Below, in pieces: positions 23,474 through 34,595 of a stretch of 34,595 nt of DNA. The notes under the pieces were generated by a model. That model saw only the letters and a list, made by a program, of their open reading frames with translations, was not told where the DNA came from and ran no database searches. A program made the translations under genes and the position numbers. The stretch comes from Octopus sinensis (taxonomy: Eukaryota). Location of the stretch: assembly GCF_006345805.1 (NCBI RefSeq), contig NW_021831691.1, positions 1 through 34,595 on the forward strand, given 5' to 3'. Position 1 is the stretch's first letter; each line of letters begins with the position of its first letter.

Positions 23474-23943
23474 ATATATATATAATATATATGTGTGTGT
23501 GTGTATATATATATATATATGTGTGTGTGTGTGCATATATATATAATATATACATATATATACGTATATATATATATATATAATATTATTATATATATAT
23601 AATAATATCTTGTATAATATTATATATATATATATGTGTGTGTGTGTGTGCATATATATATAATTATATACATATATATACGTATATATATATAATATTA
23701 TTATATATATATAATATATATCTATGTATAATATTATATATATATATATATATGTACATATACATGCAATCAGTGATACGAGCTTGACACATGTACACAC
23801 ACACACTGTGAAAGATATGCGCCTTTAAACACAGATAGGCAGACGGAAATATGCATAAATATGTAGAAACGTAAATACTCTTGTAGGTTATGTCTTTATA
23901 ATGCATGCACACATTTATACACACATGCATACATGAATGTACG

Positions 23944-23997
<54 letters not shown>

Positions 23998-24076
23998 AAT
24001 AATAAGTACAGAAAAACACGGACACAGAAACAGGCGTACATACATGCATACAGACATATATATTATATATATAATA

Positions 24077-24119
<43 letters not shown>

Positions 24120-24155
24120 TATACATACATATATATATATATACATACATACATA

Positions 24156-24187
<32 letters not shown>

Positions 24188-24290
24188 ATCATATACATGC
24201 ATACACATAAACACAGACATACAAACATATATATACACCTATAGACATATACATGTATGCATATTTGCATTTTATGTGTACATTTTACCA
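23290..24290. repeat. Compound (TA)n/(TG)n/(CA)n low-complexity region
   Basis: Direct reading. It includes a ~120-bp local duplication around 23520-23750. Confidence 0.9.
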
Positions 24291-25261
24291 ATGTAATGCA
24301 AATATTGTGTTAGTGTATGTGTGTATGTCTGTCAGTCTGCCAGTCTGTCTGTCTATCTGTCTGTGAGTGTGTTTTCTTTTTGGGCATTTCTTTTTTTCAA
24401 TTTTTTTTTTGTTTTTTTTTTTTTGTTTTTTTTGTTTTTTTGTTTTTTTTTTGTTTTTTGTCTGTAAGAACCACTTAACTGAAATAAATATAAACAGAAA
24501 ATATATAAATCATACTAAAATCGATGAATCGATTTTTGGGTCAAAGCTCAATGGAATAAAGATAAAAGGAATTTTGAAGTTTATAATTCCGAAATATCCC
24601 CCCCGCACCAACCTCAACCCTCAACAGAAAAAATTATTACCAATACTTTCAATGTTGATGTTGTTTTTTTCCTATTTGCCAGTTCTCTATTATTTTATTA
24701 GAACTGTTTTTATTATATATTTAGATTCACTGTTCACATGGTCGTTGTTCATATTATTATTATTATTATTATTATCATTATTGTTATCGCTATAATTACT
24801 ATTGTTATTATTATCATCATTACCATTATTGTTGTTGTTATTATTATTGTCATTACCATTGTTGTGGTTGGCGTTGTTGTTGTTGCTATGCTGTAGTCAT
24901 TAATATATTTGTTATTTTATCGAGGGAGTAAATCGGCCATTCAATGTTTTCTGCCTATTGTTTTAACCGCGGATTGTTAGACTGATTTTCTTGTTGTCGT
25001 TCTGTTTAGCAGAATTTATTTAATTAACGTGTGTGTACATATATATATATATATATTATATAATATATATATATTCATACATATATATATACATACATAC
25101 ATATATACATACATGTATATATATATATATATGTACGTATGTATGTATTTTATGTAATGTGAAATGAATGAATATACATATTTATATTTACATGCGTAAG
25201 TTAATGTATGAATATATGCTATATATACTTATATATACGTACATATATACATATATGTATA

Positions 25262-25333
<72 letters not shown>

Positions 25334-25475
25334 TATGTATATATATATGTGTACGTATGTATGTATTTTATGTAATGTGAAATGAATGAATATACATATT
25401 TATATTTACATGCGTAAGTTAATGTATGAATATATGCTATATATACTTATATATACGTACATATATACATATATG

Positions 25476-25534
<59 letters not shown>

Positions 25535-25885
25535 ATATATATATATATAGGTATGTATATATATATGTGGTGTGTCTATATACAGAATATGTATATATAT
25601 ATATGTATATATGCATATGTAAATATGTTTATATATATATGTATGTATACATATATATTGATATATATGCATGTATATATATATATATACATATATATAT
25701 AAATATATGTGTATATATATGTGTGTATATATAATGTACGTATATATATATGCATATATATTCAAGCATACATGAATATTTTGTTGGTTATGAACAATCC
25801 TAAAGGTTTGTACAAAACATGTTTCATGACTACCGATACAAAGAATACGGATTTGAAGTATTATTATTACTACTACTACTACTAC

Positions 25886-25917
<32 letters not shown>

Positions 25918-25959
25918 TAATAATAATAATATAATAAAAGAATTAATTATTATTATTAT

Positions 25960-26015
<56 letters not shown>

Positions 26016-26274
26016 ACAGCAGCAGCAGCAGTAGCCATGTTTGTCTCATACCATTGAATGGCGGTGTGATCATTGTATAAAATCCGAAATATGGGCAAAC
26101 GGTGATTTTACGTTCCTCTGTGAAAATAATTTTTGATGATCGATTGTTTTGCAAAAAAAATATTTTGGAATATAAAAATACCAGAACGAATCAAAGAATA
26201 ATGAATCTGACAAGCAATCTAAGCACAAGTATATACACGTGTATAAATTACTCTATGTGTGTCTATATATATGC

Positions 26275-26309
<35 letters not shown>

Positions 26310-26330
26310 ATAATATTAAGAGTAATATAT

Positions 26331-26721
26331 ACTCTCTCTTTACTCTTTTACTATTTTACTTGTTTCAGTCATTTGACTGGGGCCATGCTGGAGCACCGCC
26401 TTTAGTCTAGCAAATCGACCCCGGGTCTTATTCTTTGTAAGCCCAGTACTTATTCAATCGGTCTCTTTTGCCGAACCGCTAAGTGACGGGGACGTAAACA
26501 CACCAGCATCGGTTGTGAAGCAATGCTAGGGGGACAAACACAGACACGCAAACACACACACACATACATATATACGACAGGCTTCTTTCAGTTTCCGTCT
26601 ACCAAATCCACTCACAAGGCATTGGTCGGCCCGAGGCTATAATAGAAGACACTTGCCCAAGGTGCCACGCAGTGGGACTGAACCCGGAACCATGTGGTTG
26701 GTTAGCAAGCTACTTACCACA
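26331..26721 (-). mobile_element. SINE family A, essentially full length
   Basis: Minus strand ggagtggctgtgtggtaagtagcttgc..ggttccgggttcagtccc (A/B boxes), through a (TG)n spacer to ggcggtgctccagcatggccccagtcaaatgactgaaacaagtaaaa. Confidence 0.9.
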
Positions 26722-26859
26722 CAGCCACTCCAGACGTATCTTACCATCCAGCGAAGGATACACAGAATTACCAATGGGAAGAATTTACGGAGTGACTTAC
26801 AGCTAAATATAGTCACAGATGTTAGATACTTATCGTCGTGGTTAGCCGTTAACGGTGGA

Positions 26860-27125
26860 ATTTGAGCTCAGAATGTAACGGCAGAGGAAATACCTATTTC
26901 TTTACTACCCACAAGGGGCTAAACACAGAGAGGACAAACAAGGACAGACAAACGGATTAAGTCGATTATATCGACCCCAGTGTGTAACTGGTATTTAATT
27001 TATCGACCCCGAAAGAATGAAAGGCAAATGTGAACCTCGGCGGAATTTGAACTCAGAACGTAACGATAGACGAAATATTGCTAAGCATTTCGTCTGGCGT
27101 GTTAAAGTTTCTGCCAGCTCGTCGC
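26860..27125 (-). mobile_element. SINE family B (head, one unit and start of a second)
   Basis: Same motifs as 22166-22556. Confidence 0.85.
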
Positions 27126-27889
27126 TTTATAGGAAGGAGGAAATAGTAATAATGTTGATGAAGATGATGGTGACGATGGCGTCGACGACTGAAGGCAAAT
27201 ACATAAAATGCATGAAGCCAAACCGAAAAGCAAACAGAACTATGTAACAAAAAAACACTAACACAAACATATAGAAAAATTATATGAGAACAACCTGTCT
27301 ACCAACGTCTCAGTGAGTAGTTGCTGTTCGTATTGGGATGGTGGGCATGGAAGGAGATGCCGACGGCGAAGAATAAAAGTGGCAAGGATGGGAGGAGTCT
27401 GAATATTTGTGGAAATGTAATATTTATAACTCAGACACAGAACTGCGAAAATATAAATATTAGACGAAAAATGTTTGGGAAATATGGAAACGAAGAAGAG
27501 AAACAAAGACACGAAGTAGGTAAGTGGACAGAGGTCAAGCGTTGGAGAGAGTTTCTAAAATTTATGAGGTTGTTAGGTTGATAGAGAGAATGAGGAGGTG
27601 GACGTTGAGGAGAAAACTACTTTCGGGTTTCGTTTTTAATCTTCGTTTCTAATTAACTTTTTTTTTCTTCATTTCGTGTTTCTTGGCTAATTACTTCCCA
27701 ATTGATATTGATATTTCATTAGAGAAGACCGAACTCGTGATTAGAACAGACACGCAGATATTCTGGATGGATTTAATAGAATATATAATGATGTATATTT
27801 AAAGTAGAGGGAAAAAATACGGAATTCGAACACCACGCGTGCAGTTGTTCCAATTCGAACATCGCACCTGCAGATTATTGATTTGTTTA

Positions 27890-28195
27890 TTTCTTACTTC
27901 TTTACTGCCTACAAGGGGTTAAACAAAGAGGGGACAAACAAGGACAGACAAACGGATTAAGTCGATTATATCGACCCCAGTGCGTAATTGGTACTTATTT
28001 AATCGACCCCGAAAGGATGAACGGTAAAGTCGACCTCGGCGGAATTCGAACTCAGAACGTAACGGCAGACGAAATACCTATTTCTATACGACCCACAAGG
28101 GGCTAAACACAGAGAGGACAAACAAGGGCAGACAAACAGATTAAGTCGATTATATCGACCCCAGTGCGTAACTGGTACTTATTTAATCGATCTCC
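27890..28195 (-). mobile_element. SINE family B body, tandem units, head missing
   Basis: ccacaaggggctaaacacagagaggacaaacaagg..attaagtcgattatatcgaccccagtgcgtaa occurs twice, about 175 bp apart. Confidence 0.85.
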
Positions 28196-28566
28196 GATTA
28201 TGTATGTATATATGTATGTATGTATGATGGATGGATGGATGGATGGATGGATGATGGATGGATGGATGGATGGATGGATGGATGGATGGATGGATGGAAG
28301 AAGAGAGTACACAGTGGTCGTTCGAGGTTTGAAAGAGAGAAAATGAAGCACGAAAAGATTAAGAGAAGGCTTAGAAGGAATGAACCTGTGGAAAATGAAT
28401 AAGTGTTGCTTTTTTGTGTGAGTGGTTTGCGGGAGGAGGTGCTTGAGTCATGCGGTCCTGGTTAGCCATCGGAGAATTCACAGGAATCGACCTCTTGTGA
28501 ATGGTAATAGGGCTATTGTTCACAACAGAGCATGTGCAACATGTGGCGACGTGTGCCTCGCAGTTG

Positions 28567-28592
28567 GAGGATTGAATAGATAGATAGATAGG

Positions 28593-28675
<83 letters not shown>

Positions 28676-28703
28676 GTAGGTAGATAGATAGATAGATAGA
28701 TAG

Positions 28704-28739
<36 letters not shown>

Positions 28740-28791
28740 GATAGATAGGTAGATAGGCAGATAGATAGATATAGATAGATAGGTAGATAGG

Positions 28792-28830
<39 letters not shown>

Positions 28831-28859
28831 GTAGATAGGTAGATAGATAGATAGATAGG

Positions 28860-28922
<63 letters not shown>

Positions 28923-28949
28923 GTAGGTAGATAGATAACAGATAGATAC

Positions 28950-29001
<52 letters not shown>

Positions 29002-29018
29002 GTAGGTAGGTAGGTAGG

Positions 29019-29065
<47 letters not shown>

Positions 29066-29103
29066 GTAGGTAGGTAGGTAGGTAGGTAGGTAGGTAGGTA
29101 GAT
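28567..29103. repeat. Long (GATA)n/(GGTA)n microsatellite, ~535 bp
   Basis: Direct reading. Confidence 0.95.
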
Positions 29104-29569
29104 ATGTTTCTTTATTAGCCACACAGGGCTGCACACAGATAGAACAAATTACAAGGTAGAGCTTTTCTTTTGAAGGTTTAAAAAAAAAAAAAAAAAAAAG
29201 GAAGGGGAGTTTCGATCAAAAGGGATCGTAAAAGGAGAGAAAGAGGACAAAAAAAAGGGGGGGTTAAAAAAAAAAAAAAAAAAAAAGGGGGAGAGGAAAA
29301 AAAAATTGATCAATAGGGATCGTTATCACAGAAATGTCAATATGAAGTGTAAAGGGGAGGACAGGTGAGGTTTACCCGTGGAAAGAAAAGCCTACGGAAA
29401 AGACCACGGTAACCTCGGTCAATGAAGTCACATTTTATATTTCTTTTTTTTTTTTTTTTTTTTTTGCAAATAAGCAACTCTCTGTTTTCGATTTCTGGGT
29501 TCATAGGACTATGCTCAAGGTGGCTTCGTCATTCATACGTGCCATTCTTGCTACATTCACCCATCTTTT

Positions 29570-29570
<1 letters not shown>
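29104..29570 (-). mobile_element. Probable 3' end of an L1/Tx1-type non-LTR retrotransposon, 5'-truncated
   Basis: Minus-strand ORF tail KRWVNVARMARMNDEATLSIVL* (29569-29501), then a ~395-nt pyrimidine-rich 3' UTR ending ..ggctAATAAAgaaaca directly into (TATC/TACC)n. Clade assignment is from recalled resemblance only. Confidence 0.5.

Positions 29571-29658
<88 letters not shown>
29571..29658. repeat. (GATA)n microsatellite
   Basis: Direct reading. Confidence 0.95.
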
Positions 29659-29659
<1 letters not shown>

Positions 29660-30151
29660 TGAGAAAATGCGCTTTGTTCGTACGTGTGGTCAATTGAAAT
29701 CTTCCTTTTCAAAGCAGCAAAGAATCCTGTGGGTTCCATACTGCTAACATGTGAGAGCATCTTATACTACCCTTCAGCCATGTCAAGAGTTTCAGAGTGC
29801 TTTAAGTAGGGGAGAAATCCTCTCTTGTATTACGCATCTTAATGTAAAACTTTCGTTTGTCAAACCTATTCCGCTTGTTTAGTTTGTATTGTAATCAGCA
29901 ATGGATGTGTTTTGTGTGTGGATTGTTTATTAGAAAAGTAAATGAAATGACGCAATAAAATAATTTGCATATCTGCACATTCGAGTTTGTGCTGTAACAC
30001 TGCATGTGTCGTAGTCGTTACTGCTTGGAACCGGTGGCGACATAACGCGTTGAGTCTGTGGCAACATATTGCAGCTAACCTCACGAATAGAATTACTTCG
30101 GCGCAATGCAGTCAGGCGTTATACTCAAAAGGAGGTCGGAAGATCAGCGTT

Positions 30152-30204
30152 TGAATATGCAAATTGACTTTGCCTGAAGTCGATTTGCATATTCAGTTTT
30201 GCAT
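30152..30204. promoter_or_regulatory. Hairpin carrying two inverted octamer (POU) motifs plus a near-octamer
   Basis: ATGCAAAT at 30157-30164, ATTTGCAT at 30183-30190 and TTTTGCAT at 30197-30204. The 19-bp stem has one G-T pair. Function not shown. Confidence 0.3.
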
Positions 30205-31176
30205 ATGAACGACACTCAGGTCATGGTTACAAAGTTAAAAGAAGGAAATGCCGGAAACCAAAGATGTTTGATCAGGCACCAGATGATGACATGTTTCATG
30301 GTTAAATAATGAGAGTTCTTTCGCTCTTTCGTTTTCTCTGTTCGTTGCTGCCGTCCCAGAAAAATTTGTTAATAGTTCTAATTCTAATTTTACAGATTTT
30401 TACTTAGAAGTTCAAGGTTTTTATCTATTTTGTAGTTTTTTCTTTTTTTTTTTTTTTTTAGCAGGGGTTTTGTTTAAAGTTTTGTTACGAAAGTTTTGCG
30501 AGAATAGCCTTGTTGACGACTTTGCGGGATTTAAAAGCAATACGAGGTGTGTGTGTGTCTGCGTGTGTGTGTGTGTTTGTATGTGCGTGTGTAGATAGGG
30601 GATCAGACAGAGAAAGATAAATAGAGACAGATAAGCATAGTAAAAGATAAACACGTATAATTACAAATAATATATATGTGCTTATAAATAGATAGATAGA
30701 TATACATATAGATATATATATAGATACATACATACATACATACATACATACATACATACATACATACATACATAGAAAATACCCTGTTGTTCATGAAATT
30801 CCAATGGAGAAATTTGAATCTAGGTTAGAAACCGGTTCTTTCTCTATTGGCAAGAAATCTTGAAATAAAACTGAAAATTAACATACATACGTAATACATA
30901 GATGCATACATGCATCCATTCATACATACATGTAGGCATACATACATGCATACATACATATATATACATACACACACATACATACATACATACACACACA
31001 TATATACATACATACACACATACATTCATACACACACACACATATATACATACATACACACATACATACATACATACATACACAACACACATACATACAT
31101 ACATACATACATTATTCTTGATAATAATCGGTTGAAGTGACAGTGTGACACAAAGGCCGGTAGCTTCGAGCGTTGG

Positions 31177-31234
<58 letters not shown>

Positions 31235-31481
31235 TACACACACATACACACACATACACACGCACGGGGTGGAGAGGAAACTAAAGTACAATTGATATAC
31301 GCAGAAATACATAAATATAAAAGCGAGCGCCATAAAACAGAGTGCAAAGTGCTAAAAGCATTTTCTTTTGTTTTCGCATAGACTCACACTTTGGTCGTGG
31401 GTTGTCGAAATCGCACGTGTTGGCCATATAACACTTCCTCAATAAAAAGAGGCGAAGTATTATTGTCTCCATTACAAGCGA

Positions 31482-32369
31482 TACGAGTTGATATCAAAAG
31501 GTTTCTGGACTGGTTATGTTTAATAAAAAAAAAACTTATTTACTTAAGTTTTAACATCATCTCCTTCGAAATAGTCACTTGGCCCAGCAATAGACCGGTT
31601 CCGGTGTTCTTGTCAACCTTTTGGAATCCGGCCTGGAAGTCATTTTCCGTAAACGAGTCGAAAACCTGCGATTCGCTCGGATCTCGACAACGGTGTGAAA
31701 ACGGTGACCTTTGAGCTGCATTTTCATCTTGGGGGAAGAGATGGAAGTTTGCAGGTACTATATGTGGCGAATAGGGTGGGCGCAGAACCAATACCATATT
31801 GTTTTTGGTGAGAAACTGACGAGTGAGGAAAATTTCAGTGGAAAATCCAATTCTTTGCGCTCCACAGATCTGGGCTCTTTCACCTAATGTCCTCCTTGAA
31901 AAGCTTCAAAATGCCGCAATAGAATTTTCGATTGACGGTCTGGCTCTGGGGGACAGGACGAATTCTCGATGCACAATACTACATTTCCGTGCGTGACACT
32001 CGTGGCAGGTCTTCCAGGGACGTTCTTCTTTTGAAGCTCCCCTGCTACTCGAAACCTTGCGTACGACCCATTGCATCGGTGCTGTAAGTTTGCCGAAACA
32101 TGCTCAATATCTCTGCAGCAGACTTCCTAAGCTAATCGCAAAATTTCACGTTGACTCTTTGATCCTGTCCATGACAAAATTCGCAGACTACAACTTACAC
32201 GTGATCACAAAAACACAAATTTCACAACCTGCGAAGTTAACACAGCGATGTCACGCAGCACACTGCCTCATGAACGTTTCTGCTAGCTCTCGCTGCGCAC
32301 GCAACCATGTGCTGCCATCTGTTGGCACGCTACGGAAATAGTCGGGGAATTTTTTGATACCAGCTAGTA
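31482..32369 (-). mobile_element. Mariner relic 1 (guest), internally deleted, TIRs and TA duplication retained
   Basis: The two termini (tacgagttgatatcaaaaggtttctggact and tactagctggtatcaaaaaattccccgact) match at 22/30. N-terminal DQRVNVKFC..KSAAEILSMFRQTY..MGRTQGFE and C-terminal IVHREFV, LRPPYSPHIVPANFHLFP are present. The WVP and GDETW region is missing. Confidence 0.88.
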
Positions 32370-33071
32370 CATTTGAGCCATCGTTGAACCTAACACCCGA
32401 ATCCTCTTTCTAAGAATTCAGGTATTCCTTGCCCTGCTCACTTTGGTCACAATCAATTTCACTTCATTTGTGTCATTAAATCATTTATTCCGAAGACTGT
32501 CCTTCATTAAATGGATCTGTGTTGTACGATGGATGGAGGACCACTGACTGACCGGCGCAGTTTTGCCGATTACCCTTTTTGCTGCCAAAAATGTTGGTCC
32601 GACATTGTTATTGTGAATGTGGAGCGTTTTAGATTTTTGTTCGGTCCCTTCCTTCGAGCAGCTTCTGTAAGTTGTTCGTATGTTTCAATGTAGTGTTTAC
32701 TGCTCACGGCACAGCCACACTCAAGAAGCATCAAGGCGAATGAGGGCCCATGACATCCCAAGAAACAATCACTAAGGCTTTCGACTTCCATCACTGGCTA
32801 TCGCACTTCTTGGGCCCTGGAGAGTTGTGGCACCATTCCATCGATCGAACTTTAGTTTCAGAATAATAAACATACGCCCACATTTCATCCCTTGTCACCA
32901 GATCGAAAAACAAGATAACGTCTTCATTGGCTTCAATCGCTTCCAGCAAATCAGGGAAGACGTCCATAATTCTCTCCTTCAAATCCAGTCTCGACTGCCG
33001 AGGAACACATTTTACAAGCTATTACCGACATCCAAGTTCAGAAGAATTTACCTATTCTGAACAGCATCTTT

Positions 33072-33238
33072 TATTTCTTTATTGCCCAAAGAGGCGGAGG
33101 GGGGTAAACATAGGGGAGACAAACAAGGAGAGACAAGGGGATTAAGTCGATAACATCGACCCCCAGTACGTTACTGGTACTTGTTTAATCGACCCCGAAA
33201 GGATAAAAGGCAAAGTCGACCTCGGCAGAATTCGAACC
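33072..33238 (-). mobile_element. SINE family B unit inserted in mariner 2
   Basis: Family B body. The flanks ttctgaacagcat (about 33055-33067) and ttctgaagcgcat (about 33239-33251) look like a decayed 13-bp target duplication. Confidence 0.8.
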
Positions 33239-33759
33239 TTCTGAAGCGCATTGAGGCCACACTGCAGTCGTGCGTCAAGCTCCCTCCTGGGTTGTGACTC
33301 GTCTGTCGGCGTGGATCATTTCGACCATACACTGACAATACATAATCAACAGACACCGTTAACGTGATTTGTCTGCGTGATTCGTTTCCAATGCCGGTTT
33401 CCCTTTCTTTACACTTTATCCCTTTCTACACACCGTTGTTGTCACTTATGCTATCTCCGTAAACAACCCGCTGCCCTCGGGGAATATCAAACACCCTGTA
33501 CGTCTCCTTTGACAACAACATATTGACTTCATGCTGCTTGTTTGAAACCCATTATTTGTCTGCAAAGAACAAAATCAAGATTTTCTAAGCACCAAAACTT
33601 ACTATAGAACAACAGTTACTATGCAACAGGAGTTATTTTACTAAGATATACAGTTCGAACGATAGACGTTTGTTGGTAAAAAAAAACAACAACAAACGTT
33701 ATGATTATTTCTGCATTTCTTCTATACTACCTTTGTAGTGTGTATGTATATACGTACGG

Positions 33760-34306
33760 GCGTCTGTGTGTGTGTACATCTATATCTATATGTATATTGG
33801 TTTATGGTTTATATATATGTGTGTGTGTACATCTATATCGACATGCGTACTAGTTTATGATTATATATATATATTATATATATATATGTGTGTGTGTGTA
33901 TTATGTATATGTTCATGTATATATATATAAATGTAGAAATAGGTAATATATATGTGTGCATACATAGTTATATTATTATATGTATGATATGTATAATATA
34001 TGTATATGTGTATGTATGAATATATATATACATGTGTGTGTGTGGTGTGTGTGTGTATGTATGTATGTATGAATATGTGTATGTATGCATTTAGACTTTC
34101 TAGACTACAATTAGACTAATTGCATTCTGTAAAATGTGAAATATATATATAGAGATATAAATTTATATATACATATATACATACACACACAGACACACAC
34201 GCACATATATATACATATACACTCACACACACATATATATATAAATACATGTATACATAATATTGTATGTACATATGAAACATCAGACATATATATACAT
34301 ATATAT

Positions 34307-34346
<40 letters not shown>

Positions 34347-34430
34347 TATATATATATATCTATACATATATATATATATATATATAATATATATATATAT
34401 ATATTTATTATAATATATACAATAGATATA
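33760..34430. repeat. Compound (TA)n/(TG)n/(CA)n low-complexity region
   Basis: Direct reading. Confidence 0.9.
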
Positions 34431-34595
34431 TATGGTGTGTAAAAGGGGTGAGAGAGAGAGAGATGGTTATATATATGCTCTGATCTCTATTCACTCTTGT
34501 ATGATGAAGGGTTGCAAACCTCCTTATTATCATCGAGCACAGAATATATTTAGATCATCAGATGTCAGAATTCTGAAAGAGCAGGTAGATCCTGT

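Larger units (their letters stand above)
31450..33500 (-). mobile_element. Mariner relic 2 (host), degenerate transposase interrupted by mariner 1 and a SINE
   Basis: Minus-strand fragments in order: IHADRRVT, VKCVPR, DLVTRDEMWAYVYYSETKVRSMEW, SKHYIETYEQL..RRKGPNKN, HPSYNTD, KDSLRNK*FND, VQRWLKC | IACNGD. A possible TA-CAGGGTG end lies at 33500. Confidence 0.8.

Noticed and set aside
26680-26721. tRNA-like A/B boxes in SINE heads
   Set aside because: There is no complete cloverleaf and they are embedded in SINE bodies, so they are not tRNA genes.
27275-27312. Plus-strand 38-nt exon-like segment (KLYENNLSTNVS) with CTAAC and GTGAGT
   Set aside because: There is no polypyrimidine tract and no other support. 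The LYE similarity to 10208 is probably chance.
27821-27875. Two ~22-nt direct repeats aattcgaaca..tgcag, 29 bp apart
   Set aside because: Only two degenerate units in eukaryotic DNA. This is not CRISPR and is probably a duplicated SINE B-box scrap.
28513-29136. Longest LSIY-type ORFs (also 3449-3923, 5018-5449, 15163-15849)
   Set aside because: (TATC)n has no stop codon in these frames, so the ORF length is an artefact.

Overview
This is eukaryotic, AT-rich, repeat-dominated DNA, and its tRNA-derived SINE families point to an octopus/cephalopod genome (recognised by eye, no database search run). I found no intact protein-coding gene. Nearly all listed ORFs are translations of (TA)n, (CA)n, (GATA)n, (TAA)n or (CAT)n microsatellites, or are fragments of decayed transposon ORFs. 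Retroelements: two R4/Dong-like RLE non-LTR copies, a probable Tx1/L1 3' end, Penelope-like relics (an RT+GIY-YIG fragment and hairpin-shaped pseudo-LTR ends with hammerhead-like motifs), and three tRNA-SINE families. DNA transposons: a mariner nested in a mariner, a Tc1/mariner fragment and a 1 kb non-autonomous TIR element. The most notable pattern is that each retroelement class sits in its own microsatellite type: R4 in (TAA)n, the Tx1-like element in (GATA)n and Penelope ends in (TA)n/(CA)n. A few isolated exon-like segments are weak host-gene candidates. Repeat boundaries are read by eye and are approximate unless an exact motif is quoted.
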